From an uncultured Candidatus Saccharibacteria bacterium (GTDB lineage: Bacteria; Patescibacteriota; Minisyncoccia; Phycocordibacterales; DSPV01), in the NCBI GenBank assembly GCA_964617735.1, contig CAZTXT010000001.1, forward strand, positions 138,338 to 202,337: a DNA stretch of 64,000 nt, written 5' to 3'. The notes beneath the pieces are model-generated. The model saw nothing but the letters and a program-made list of their open reading frames with translations. It made no database searches and was not told the DNA's origin. A program made the translations under genes and the position numbers. Positions 46,464 through 55,389 of the stretch are shown piece after piece. The stretch's first letter is position 1; every line of letters starts with the position of its first letter.

Positions 46464-47246
46464 ATGCCTCGGCGAAAAAAAGTAGTGATCGGCAATTGGA
46501 AGATGGGTCCGGCAACCTTAGAAGAGGCCCGTTCCATTTTTTTATCCATCCGGCGAGCCGCTTCCTCGTTCCGTAAGACAGACGTGGTGATCTGTCCCTC
46601 GTTCGTCCAGATGCAGCCGCTTTCGCGGTTGTCGAATCCGAAGCTCCAGGTGGGGGTCCAGGATGTATTTTTCGAGGCAGAAGGTTTTTTCACCGGTGAA
46701 GTCTCGGCGGCGCAGGCAAGGAACGCTGGCGCGCGCTACGCGCTCTGCGGGCATTCGGAGAGAAGGGTATTGGGCGAGAGCGCCGAACAAGTCGCTAAAA
46801 AATTCTCGCTGATTCTTAAGGCGGGAATGACTGCGGTACTGTGCATTGGCGAGCACGAGCGCGACCGCGATGGGAATTTCTTCTCCTACCTCAAAGATCA
46901 GATACTCTCTGGATTCTCGAAGATAGCCCGGCAATCCATTTCCCGGTCCGTGATCCTTGCGTACGAACCGATCTGGGCTATCGGTCGTTCGTCGCTTGAA
47001 GCGATGAAACCCGCTGATGTCCTGCAGACAACCATTTACATCCGCAAAGTCGTCAACGATGCGTTCGGTTCTCGTATCGCGCAGGCCCTCCCGATCCTCT
47101 ACGGGGGATCGGTCACTGCGGAAAATGCCGGTATGATCGTCTCCGAAGGTGGCGTCGATGGGCTTCTCGTTGGAAGACAAAGCCTTGAACCGAAAGGTTT
47201 TATAACGATGCTCAGAAATATCGACAGCGGAAATGTTCTACGATGA
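46464..47246 (+). CDS. tpiA: triosephosphate isomerase
   Basis: VVIGNWKM start motif, catalytic CGHSERR and AYEPIWAIG motifs. 260 aa. Confidence 0.9.
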   Translation: MPRRKKVVIGNWKMGPATLEEARSIFLSIRRAASSFRKTDVVICPSFVQMQPLSRLSNPKLQVGVQDVFFEAEGFFTGEVSAAQARNAGARYALCGHSERRVLGESAEQVAKKFSLILKAGMTAVLCIGEHERDRDGNFFSYLKDQILSGFSKIARQSISRSVILAYEPIWAIGRSSLEAMKPADVLQTTIYIRKVVNDAFGSRIAQALPILYGGSVTAENAGMIVSEGGVDGLLVGRQSLEPKGFITMLRNIDSGNVLR

Positions 47247-48363
47247 TCTCGCTCAGATAGTGGATGCGCCGCTTTGGGAAGGCACGAATGTCCTCTTGCG
47301 GCTCGATCTCAACGTCCCCTGCCAGGGAGGTCGGGTTGTCAACGATTATCGTATCAAGCGGGCGCTCCCAACCCTTCAATTCCTGATCGAGCGGAAATGC
47401 AAGACGGTCATCGTCAGTCATATCGAATCGGAGGGGAATGATACGCTGCTTCCGATATTCGATTATCTCAAAGAGCGCTGCGCGATTTCCTTCGCGCGAA
47501 CGCTCGATGAAGCGCAGCGTGTCAAAGACGGCCTTGCCGCGGGGGGAGTACTCTTACTTGAGAACATCCGGCAAGAGTCCGGAGAGAAAAAGAACGATCC
47601 GCTCCTCGCGCGTCGCCTCGCCGCGCTTGCCGATGTCTATATCAGCGACGCGTTCGCGGCGCTCCATCGAGCGCATGCTTCTATCGTTGGAGTTCCACGA
47701 TTGCTTCCCTCATTCGCCGGTTTCCTGGTCCTCGACGAGGTGCGCCATCTGTCGATAGCGCTTACCCCGCCTCGGCCGGCGGCGTTCATCATCGGAGGCG
47801 GAAAGATCGAAACGAAGCTTCCCTTGGTCTCGAAATTTCTTGATTCCTATGACCAGGTTTTCGTGGGCGGGGCGCTTGCCAATGACATATTCCGCGCGCA
47901 AGGGCTTTCCATAGGCGGGTCTTTAGTCAGTTCGATGCCGATCGACAACGCTATCGTGCACAAACCCAATCTCTCAATTCCTTCAGACGTTACTATATCC
48001 GATGGGACAAAGAGCGCTCTCGTCGATCTATCTCCCCTTGCACCATCGGCGCGCATTACCGATGCTGGCCCCCAAACGAATAATTTTCTGGCAACACTAG
48101 TCAATAAATCCGCGTTCGTGCTGTGGAATGGGCCGCTGGGAGAATATGAGAAAGGCTTTTCCGAGAGCACGGATTTTCTGGCTCGCGCGATCGCCACGAG
48201 CGGCGCTACGTCCGTACTCGGCGGAGGTGATACGATAGCTGCAGTTGAGAAACTCGGACTTTTAGATCGGTTCGGATTCGTCTCCACCGGTGGCGGCGCG
48301 ATGCTCGAGTTTTTGGACAAAGAAACCTTGCCTGGCTTGGAGGTGTTGAGAAAAAAGAGCTAG
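47233..48363 (+). CDS. pgk: phosphoglycerate kinase
   Basis: N-terminal RLDLNVP...NDYRIKRALPT and C-terminal GGGDT-type nucleotide-binding region. 376 aa. Overlaps the tpiA stop. Confidence 0.9.
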   Translation: MFYDDLAQIVDAPLWEGTNVLLRLDLNVPCQGGRVVNDYRIKRALPTLQFLIERKCKTVIVSHIESEGNDTLLPIFDYLKERCAISFARTLDEAQRVKDGLAAGGVLLLENIRQESGEKKNDPLLARRLAALADVYISDAFAALHRAHASIVGVPRLLPSFAGFLVLDEVRHLSIALTPPRPAAFIIGGGKIETKLPLVSKFLDSYDQVFVGGALANDIFRAQGLSIGGSLVSSMPIDNAIVHKPNLSIPSDVTISDGTKSALVDLSPLAPSARITDAGPQTNNFLATLVNKSAFVLWNGPLGEYEKGFSESTDFLARAIATSGATSVLGGGDTIAAVEKLGLLDRFGFVSTGGGAMLEFLDKETLPGLEVLRKKS

Positions 48364-48728
48364 CCTATCGCTTTGCGTATCCTCTCCGCATTCGCGGCAA
48401 GATCGCCCTTATCGCCCTTCACGCTATCGTTGGGGAATACCCAGATGTGGGCGTGCGGCACTTCGTCGCCGATTATTTTTGAAAGTATAAAGTCGGTTTC
48501 AAATGCTTTCTGCTGTGCCTTTGCGATTTTTCGAGCTATCTCGAAATACGCTCCGGCATTGGGTACATCCCAAACCCAGCGGTAGTGTTTTTTCGGGATG
48601 ACTTGCGTGTGCCCAGATGATTGCGGATGAATATCTAAAAACGCGAAGAAATTTTCGTCCTCGTATACTTTGTGGGAGGGTATCTCTCCACGGACGATTT
48701 TGCAAAAAATGCAATTTTTCTCTTCCAT
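48360..48728 (-). CDS. HIT family (histidine triad) protein
   Basis: CIFCKI...HPQSSGHTQVIP histidine-triad motif. 122 aa. Confidence 0.85.
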   Translation of the reverse strand: MEEKNCIFCKIVRGEIPSHKVYEDENFFAFLDIHPQSSGHTQVIPKKHYRWVWDVPNAGAYFEIARKIAKAQQKAFETDFILSKIIGDEVPHAHIWVFPNDSVKGDKGDLAANAERIRKAIG

Positions 48729-48785
48729 AAAGCATAGTATAGCAAAAGAAAAGGCCGACGACTCAAGAGTCGTCGGCCTGTAGCT

Positions 48786-49385
48786 CTATGCCAGAGCTCG
48801 AGCGATGATTCGGATCGCATTGAGCGTGATCCCGATGGCGGAGAGCATATTGAGCATCCCCTGCGACGGGGATTCGTTTTTTACGAAGATCATGCCGTAG
48901 GGTTGCTCATGGATCTCAATGACGGGGAGCACCGAGATATGCTCCGAAAAATTCTTTCGAAGTTCCTGACCCAATGGGCTTATCGGGTCGTTGGCTCCAA
49001 GTAAAAGCCTTATAGTCAGACTGTCATCTTCTATTGACTCCACTTCTTGTAGGGCGATTGCTTCTTTGTGGCAGGTGGTGAGCACGATACCGTAGCATAT
49101 CGAAAACGGATTCTCTTTGATTTGTATCTTGTTGCGCCACATTGCCTGGATGATTGCTTCCTGGATCTTTTGGCTTTGTGAGAGCAGTTCCCTGACGGTC
49201 GCAGTGGCTTGTGTCACTGCATTGTCGAGCCTTCTTGATGTCGCCTCCCGGTGGGCTTTATTTTGCCGTTCTCGTTCCTCCTCGACCCGTATGCGATGGG
49301 CGATGCTCTTGCGAGCTAACTGCAACTGAGAATCGAAGAGTTCATCCACACTAATAACTCGCCTTGTTGTAGGTTTTGTTTTCAT
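48786..49385 (-). CDS. hypothetical protein (199 aa), N-terminal coiled coil plus a C-terminal globular (possibly GAF-like) region
   Basis: No confident family. Confidence 0.45.
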   Translation of the reverse strand: MKTKPTTRRVISVDELFDSQLQLARKSIAHRIRVEEERERQNKAHREATSRRLDNAVTQATATVRELLSQSQKIQEAIIQAMWRNKIQIKENPFSICYGIVLTTCHKEAIALQEVESIEDDSLTIRLLLGANDPISPLGQELRKNFSEHISVLPVIEIHEQPYGMIFVKNESPSQGMLNMLSAIGITLNAIRIIARALA

Positions 49386-49467
49386 AAAAGTCCTTTCTGA
49401 AGCAGTTCTATCTTAATTGTGCTGCCGGGTCAAGCCTGTTTTCACAGCGCAGTGTTATAATTTTCCC

Positions 49468-51165
49468 ATGACCTATCATGTGCGTGAGCCTATTTCCGAT
49501 TCAGCTGGGAGAGAACTAGGTGAGTATCCGGAACTTGTGAGGCATCTTCTCTATTATCGCGGTATTGCTGATGCAGGGCCAGCCAGAAATTTCCTAAACC
49601 CCGACTACAAGAAACATGTGCACGACCCGTTTTTGATGAAAGGAATGGAGACCGCGGTCGCGCGGGTACTTAAGGCGATAGCTGCGAACGAAAAGATGGT
49701 CGTCTACAGCGATTATGACGCCGACGGTGTCCCCGGAGGAGTTTTGATGTACGACTTTTTCAAGAGGATCGGCCATAAGAATTTCACAAGCTACATTCCG
49801 CACCGGCATGACGAAGGGTTCGGACTCAATCACGATGCGATAGAGAGTTTTGCGCACGATGGCGTGAAACTCATGATAACGGTTGACTGCGGGATCGCGG
49901 ACGTTGCCGAAGTCGCGCGTGCAAGAGTGCTTGGCATAGAGACCATTATCACTGACCACCACCTTCCGGGGCCGGATGGGATTCCCGACGCAGTTGCGGT
50001 GCTCGATCCCAAGCAGGAGAGCTGTCCGTATCCGTTCAAAGAACTCTGCGGAACCGGCGTTGCCTTCAAGCTTGTGCAAGGGCTCATTGCGCGTGGCGGT
50101 TTCTCCCTCGCAGAGGGATGGGAGAAGTGGCTTTTGGATCTTGTGGCGCTTGCGACGCTCTCTGACATGGTGCCGCTTATCGGTGAGAATCGCGCACTCG
50201 CGCATTTCGGGCTTCTGGTTCTTAGAAAATCCCCCCGTCCGGGCTTACAGCGATTGCTCCGCAAGGCGCAAGTCGATCAAAAATCCCTCACCGAAGATGA
50301 TGTGGTATTTTCTGTGACACCCAAACTCAATGCGGCTTCCCGAATGGGGTCTGCTGATGCGGCGTTCAAGCTGCTCTCAACGACCGACGAGCTCGATGCA
50401 GACTTTGCGGTAGAGGAGCTATGGCGGTTGAATGACGAGCGCAAAGGAATCGTCGGAAGTCTGGTACGGGAGATAAAAAAGATGTTGCAGGCTCGAACTC
50501 CTTCTGCCGTCATCGTTGCGGGCAATCCTGCGTGGCGGCCGTCTCTCTTAGGTCTTGCCGCGAATTCTTTATTGAAAGAACACGCACGGCCGGTATTTCT
50601 TTGGGGAAGAGACGGTGATGATCAGCTCAAAGGTTCGTGCCGCTCGGATGGTAGTGTCAGCGTTATGGATATCATGACGGAGGCGCGCACTGCGTTCGTA
50701 GAATACGGCGGCCACGCATTCTCCGGTGGATTCACGATTGTACCCGAACAGGTACATACGCTGGAAGAGAGGCTTAGTGCCGCGTGCATGAAAGTTGGTG
50801 CGAATGGAAGCGGAACGCAAGCACTGCTCGCGGATTCTCGATTCGCTCCTGACGAGGTAACCGGAGAGAATTACGAAGTGATACAAAAACTCGCGCCGTT
50901 CGGGCAAGGCAATCCGAAACCCATATTCCTCTTTGAGAATGTGACGGTGAAAAGCGCGCGAATGTTCGGCAAGGAGCGCAATCATTTGGAGATTCAGCTC
51001 CCGAAAAAAGACGGCAAAAACGTGAAAGCGATAAAATTCTTTGCAGAGGGCGAGGGCGCGCGAGTGCCGAAGTCCGGTGCGCGCCTCTCGCTCCTCGCCT
51101 CGCTTGAAAAATCCTCCTTCGGCGGCCGCACCGAGCTTCGCCTGCGCATCGTTGACTTTGTGTAA
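49468..51165 (+). CDS. recJ: single-stranded-DNA-specific exonuclease RecJ (DHH/DHHA1)
   Basis: DHH motifs DYDADGV, ITDHH and DHHA1 GGH. 565 aa from the ATG at 49468; the track ORF is 5'-extended. Confidence 0.9.
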   Translation: MTYHVREPISDSAGRELGEYPELVRHLLYYRGIADAGPARNFLNPDYKKHVHDPFLMKGMETAVARVLKAIAANEKMVVYSDYDADGVPGGVLMYDFFKRIGHKNFTSYIPHRHDEGFGLNHDAIESFAHDGVKLMITVDCGIADVAEVARARVLGIETIITDHHLPGPDGIPDAVAVLDPKQESCPYPFKELCGTGVAFKLVQGLIARGGFSLAEGWEKWLLDLVALATLSDMVPLIGENRALAHFGLLVLRKSPRPGLQRLLRKAQVDQKSLTEDDVVFSVTPKLNAASRMGSADAAFKLLSTTDELDADFAVEELWRLNDERKGIVGSLVREIKKMLQARTPSAVIVAGNPAWRPSLLGLAANSLLKEHARPVFLWGRDGDDQLKGSCRSDGSVSVMDIMTEARTAFVEYGGHAFSGGFTIVPEQVHTLEERLSAACMKVGANGSGTQALLADSRFAPDEVTGENYEVIQKLAPFGQGNPKPIFLFENVTVKSARMFGKERNHLEIQLPKKDGKNVKAIKFFAEGEGARVPKSGARLSLLASLEKSSFGGRTELRLRIVDFV

Positions 51166-51197
51166 TTTCCCCGTAAGATTCTTTACAGGAGTTTTTT

Positions 51198-51446
51198 ATG
51201 ACTGTGAAAGTTTTTGTAGTTCCCCGTTCTAGGCTGAGGCATCCTGAAAGCGAGTTTATTTTGACGACACTGCAGCAGCTAGGTTTTTCCTCTTTCTTAA
51301 AACTCTCCATCGGAAGGCACTATGAGTTCCAAGTATCCGATAACGGTGAAGAAACCGAAGAAAGTTTTCGGAGAAAGATGGAGAAGTTTGTCCGCGATCG
51401 TCTTACCAATCACAACACCGAGGATTTCTCGATAGAAATTGAGTAG
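51198..51446 (+). CDS. PurS-like small protein (82 aa)
   Basis: Size and pattern (MTVKVFV..., ...LTNHNTEDFSIEIE C-terminus) resemble PurS. No other pur genes are in the window. Confidence 0.5.
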   Translation: MTVKVFVVPRSRLRHPESEFILTTLQQLGFSSFLKLSIGRHYEFQVSDNGEETEESFRRKMEKFVRDRLTNHNTEDFSIEIE

Positions 51447-51477
51447 CAGCCCCCGAGGTTTAACTTGGGGGTTTTTA
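51447..51477 (+). terminator. rho-independent terminator (CCCCC-gaggtttaactt-GGGGG followed by TTTTT)
   Basis: G/C stem with a T-run directly after the purS-like stop. Confidence 0.6.
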
Positions 51478-51735
51478 CATCGACGCTCTTTCGTGATAGC
51501 GTCTGTAGAGATGTGAGAAATCCTTCAAAAGGCAAGAAATCAGAGAGAAAAGTAAAATCCGCATACCCGACCTTACCAGAATGCAAATGGCTCACTTGTG
51601 TTCTCTGTGAGCGTAATCCAAGATTCTTTGAGATCGCAACAACTCCGTCACTACGCGCGGAGGTAGCGCTGGCCATTATCACGACATGGATAGGAATGAA
51701 AGGAGGCCGGTTGATCGTTGATCGATAGACGTAAA

Positions 51736-51766
51736 GAACCCCGAGCGCTCGGGGTTCTTCTTTTTT
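51736..51766 (+). terminator. rho-independent terminator (GAACCCCGAGC/GCTCGGGGTTC palindrome followed by a T-run)
   Basis: Perfect 11-bp stem followed by TTCTTTTTT. Ends the non-coding segment 51478..51735. Confidence 0.65.
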
Positions 51767-51786
51767 CACGCTATAATCGTCTCATT

Positions 51787-52476
51787 GTGAATCAGGAAGA
51801 AAGGACAATCATTTTCACCGACGGTGCGTCAAAGGGGAACCCTGGTCCGGGTGGATGGGGAGCTATTATCCTCCAGGGAAGCGGTGTGGAAGAGTTTGGC
51901 GGGAGAGAGGAATATACGACGAACAACCGTATGGAGCTTAGGGCGGCCATCAGCGCGCTGGAACAAGTTCAGAATGCAAAATCAAAAGTAACGATCTTTT
52001 GCGATTCAGCTTACGTGGTCAAAGGCATCACCGAATGGATCGGCGGGTGGAAGAAGAAGGGCTGGATGACATCGCAGAAAAAAGAAGTTGAAAATCAGGA
52101 ACTGTGGCAGCAGCTTGATGAGCTTGCGCAAGGTTTGGATATACAGTGGCAACAGATCGCCGGGCATGCCGATACACCGGGCAATGCCCGGGTAGACGAG
52201 ATAGCCTCGGATTTTGCCGAAGGGAATATTCCCGATCTTTTTTCAGGTCCGCGTTTGCGCTACGGTATCGATCTTAACCTCATTGGAGGTGGAAAAAATC
52301 CGCGCAAGCGCGGGAGCGCCTATTCATATGTCTCGCTGGTCAATGGAGTAGTGCAGGTCCACCAAACATGGGAAGCATGCAAACGCCGCGTCGCCGGTGT
52401 CGCCAAGGCTCGTTTCAAGAAAGCGCTCTCGAGCGAAGACGAGCAGGCGATCATCGAGGAATTTAAGAAGACATAA
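51787..52476 (+). CDS. rnhA: ribonuclease HI (probable GTG start at 51787; the track ORF 51718 reads through the upstream terminator)
   Basis: IIFTDGASKGNPGPGGWGAIIL, ...TNNRMEL..., C-terminal extension. A TATAAT box lies just upstream. Confidence 0.85.
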   Translation: MNQEERTIIFTDGASKGNPGPGGWGAIILQGSGVEEFGGREEYTTNNRMELRAAISALEQVQNAKSKVTIFCDSAYVVKGITEWIGGWKKKGWMTSQKKEVENQELWQQLDELAQGLDIQWQQIAGHADTPGNARVDEIASDFAEGNIPDLFSGPRLRYGIDLNLIGGGKNPRKRGSAYSYVSLVNGVVQVHQTWEACKRRVAGVAKARFKKALSSEDEQAIIEEFKKT

Positions 52477-52509
52477 AAGGACAGGCCCTGTCGGACCTGT
52501 CCTTGAGTA

Positions 52510-52866
52510 TCACTCTTTATCATAGAGTGCCTTTTCGAGTTGGTATTCCTCGTAACTGTTTTCTGTCTCGCATCCCGTGGCGATGTTGAATAGTATCTCT
52601 GCCCCTATCTCCGTAAGCCATAACCCCTTGTACCGTTCATCATCGTGCGGGTTGGACAGATAGGAATGTTCCTTGAGCCATTCCCTGCGCTCGCGCGTCG
52701 CTTTCACCAGCTTCTCCATCAATTCTCTGTGCTGTTCGCACAGTCGAGCATCGTTTCGCTTCCGTATCGTGGCGACGCCGTACGTGACGATAAAGATGGT
52801 CAGAATCTGCAGTAATAAGACATAATAAAAGAACATAAACACCTCCGTGAAAATGCTACCATACAA
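52510..52866 (-). CDS. hypothetical small membrane protein
   Basis: N-terminal TM (FFYYVLLLQILTIFIVTYGV) plus a charged helical tail. Confidence 0.4.
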   Translation of the reverse strand: MYGSIFTEVFMFFYYVLLLQILTIFIVTYGVATIRKRNDARLCEQHRELMEKLVKATRERREWLKEHSYLSNPHDDERYKGLWLTEIGAEILFNIATGCETENSYEEYQLEKALYDKE

Positions 52867-52871
52867 GAGCC

Positions 52872-54533
52872 ATGCGCGAGAAGTGGTTTGAATGCATCGT
52901 CATCGGATTTGTCGCTGGAGTTTTCGCGCGCTCGTTTTTACCCGTCGGTTTTTCAGTGATCATTTTCCTACTCGTCATCTCTGGCACGAGTCTCATATAT
53001 GGATCGCTCTTTTCGCTCACTTCGAAACGCGATTTGTTCGCCCTCATCATCCCGCTGGTACTCTGCGCGTTTGCTGCCGGAGCGATCCGCTACGAGCTGT
53101 CGGAGCCGCGGACGCACCTGTTAACGCCCTATGTCAACACCACGATAGAAACCGAAGGTTTGATCGTTGCCGAACCCGATGAGCGTGAGAATTCGGTCCT
53201 CCTTACCGTTGAATTGCCCAAGCACGAGCGGGTACTTCTCATTGTCGATCGTTTTCCTCCGTATCGATACGGCGACCGGATAGCGATCTCTGGTGTCGTC
53301 AAAGAGCCCGAGAATTTCGATACGAATACGGGCGAGGAATTCGATTATCGTTCGTACCTTGCTAAAGACGGCATTTATTTTGAATTTATCCGCCCGGTGA
53401 TAACGCTTTTAAGTCGCGACGAGGGCTCTCCCCTCGTCGCGGCGCTCCTTAAATTCAAAGCGGCATTCTTGCGTCGCGCTGCCTTAGTCATCCCTGAACC
53501 GGAGAACAGCCTCCTCTCGGGCTTGGTGCTTGGGGAGAAGCATGGGTTGGGGAGCGACCTCACTGATGCGTTTCGAAAAGCGGGCCTGGTGCATGTGATC
53601 GTACTCTCCGGTTACAACCTTACCGTCGTCGCGAAAGCCATGCAGAGTTTCTTTCTCTATTTCTCTTTCATTCCACGCGGCTTAGCTACGAGCGCAGGAG
53701 CGGTCGGTATCATCCTTTTCACTATCATGTCCGGTAGTTCCGCTACGGCGGTGCGCGCCGCCATTATGGCGCTCATCGCGCTTCTGGCGAAGGTCATCGG
53801 GCGCGATTACGACATCCTCCGCGCCCTCTTGCTCGCAGGGTTTGTCATGGTTCTGCATAATCCGAAAGTGCTCACTTTCGATCCGTCCTTCCAGCTTAGT
53901 TTTCTCGCAACCCTAGGACTTATTTTTCTCTCTCCATTCTTCGAACGATGGCTTCGGTGGATCCCGAAGCGGTTTGGCTTGCGCGAGATCATCTCCGCGA
54001 CTCTTGCGACACAGCTTTTTGTTTTGCCGCGGATCATCAACCTCTCCGGTGCGGTTTCGGTGGTAGGTATCCTTGCGAACATCCTCGTCCTCCCCTTTAT
54101 TCCGGCGACGATGGGATTGGGCGCTCTTGCAGGGTTCTTAGGCTTTCTATCCCCCGCGCTCTCGATGCTCTCCGCGTATCTTGCCTATTTCCTTTTGCAT
54201 TACGAGATCGGCGTCGCGAAGTTTTTCGGCGGCCTTCCATTTGCGTCGATAGCGCTCCCGCATCTGCCCATCTGGGTCGTCGCGATAAGCTACGGGGCGC
54301 TCTCACTGTGGATCTTTCGTCTTTTCGGATCGCTTGCAAAAAGGAAAGCTCCTGCGTATGCTCTCCGCCAGAGCAAAGTTCGATTCAACGGAAACCACAA
54401 CGAAAGGAACATCGATGATGCATCAAGTATCCGACCCGGCTCCTCTAAAGACGCGGGGCAAGACGAAAGTGCTCACGCGAGAAGCGTTGTACACGATCGC
54501 AACGGCCCATCCTCCTCCCGAGATTCATCTTGA
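52872..54533 (+). CDS. comEC: ComEC/Rec2 DNA-internalisation channel (competence domain only)
   Basis: Multi-TM. ComEC competence-domain motifs (LSGLVLGEK, IVLSGYNLTVV). 553 aa. The MBL domain is absent here (see 55390..56256). Confidence 0.8.
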   Translation: MREKWFECIVIGFVAGVFARSFLPVGFSVIIFLLVISGTSLIYGSLFSLTSKRDLFALIIPLVLCAFAAGAIRYELSEPRTHLLTPYVNTTIETEGLIVAEPDERENSVLLTVELPKHERVLLIVDRFPPYRYGDRIAISGVVKEPENFDTNTGEEFDYRSYLAKDGIYFEFIRPVITLLSRDEGSPLVAALLKFKAAFLRRAALVIPEPENSLLSGLVLGEKHGLGSDLTDAFRKAGLVHVIVLSGYNLTVVAKAMQSFFLYFSFIPRGLATSAGAVGIILFTIMSGSSATAVRAAIMALIALLAKVIGRDYDILRALLLAGFVMVLHNPKVLTFDPSFQLSFLATLGLIFLSPFFERWLRWIPKRFGLREIISATLATQLFVLPRIINLSGAVSVVGILANILVLPFIPATMGLGALAGFLGFLSPALSMLSAYLAYFLLHYEIGVAKFFGGLPFASIALPHLPIWVVAISYGALSLWIFRLFGSLAKRKAPAYALRQSKVRFNGNHNERNIDDASSIRPGSSKDAGQDESAHARSVVHDRNGPSSSRDSS

Positions 54534-54709
54534 GGGCGAGAGAACGTTTCGGGTCAATCAGATGGTGAATGATCCGGCCATACAGGCGTTTTTGATAGAA
54601 CACCGCCCCGGCGGTGTCATCAATATCAAGGGCTGTCTGCCGGCGTTCCACGGTTAAGCCATATGGGGTAGATCGAAAAGCGGCCTCGCAGGATGCGAGG
54701 CCGCCCTTT

Positions 54710-55309
54710 TTATTCTCTCGCGTGCTCGAAATTTCTCTCGATAACGCCCCAATTCACGTTTTCAAAAAAGTCTTCCACGTATTGTTTTTTCCCGCTCGGT
54801 TGATAGTCCGCGATGTACGCATGCTCCCACATATCGAGCGCGAGCACGGTACGGGTGTCAGGCAGTTGACCGAGGTGTTGCTCGTCATGCCAGAAGGTAA
54901 TGAGTTGTTCTGATACGGGATCATAAACGAGCTTTGCCCAACCGATACCGCGCGTCAACGCCGTCGCTTTGAATCGCGCGAGCCAAGCATCAAATGACCC
55001 CCATTCTTGCCCGATCATTTCAAAAAGCGGTGAGTTTTTTGAAATTGATTTAGGGCCTTCTTCGAGAATTTTGAAATAGAATTCGTGGTTGCGTATGCCG
55101 CCGAATTCGAAGCTGAAACGACGCGTGATCTCTGAAAGCGAATATTTGCCGCCTTCATCAGCGGTCTTTCCGTACTGATCTATCATCGTCAAGATAAGAT
55201 TCGCGTTCTTCACATAGCCGGCGTAGAGCTTTAGATGTTCCTCGATATTTTTCTCCGAAATGCCTTTGAGCTTCGGAATGTTGAACTTCTGTTCCTCGAA
55301 TTTTTTCAT
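54710..55309 (-). CDS. sodA: Fe/Mn superoxide dismutase
   Basis: H-x3-H N-terminal ligands and the DMWEHAYIADYQ C-terminal signature. 199 aa. Confidence 0.9.
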   Translation of the reverse strand: MKKFEEQKFNIPKLKGISEKNIEEHLKLYAGYVKNANLILTMIDQYGKTADEGGKYSLSEITRRFSFEFGGIRNHEFYFKILEEGPKSISKNSPLFEMIGQEWGSFDAWLARFKATALTRGIGWAKLVYDPVSEQLITFWHDEQHLGQLPDTRTVLALDMWEHAYIADYQPSGKKQYVEDFFENVNWGVIERNFEHARE

Positions 55310-55389
55310 CGTTGTCTTTATTTAAATTTTCACTCTGATAATGCCCCGCTAAAGTATAGCAAATCGACTTGTAGGGTATACTTTCTTCA

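Noticed and set aside
51718-51786. Track start of rnhA at 51718 (MIDRRKEPRALGVLLF...)
   Set aside because: That extension reads straight through the GAACCCCGAGC/GCTCGGGGTTC terminator hairpin and the T-run. The conserved RNase H N-terminus begins at IIFTDG, a few codons after the GTG at 51787.
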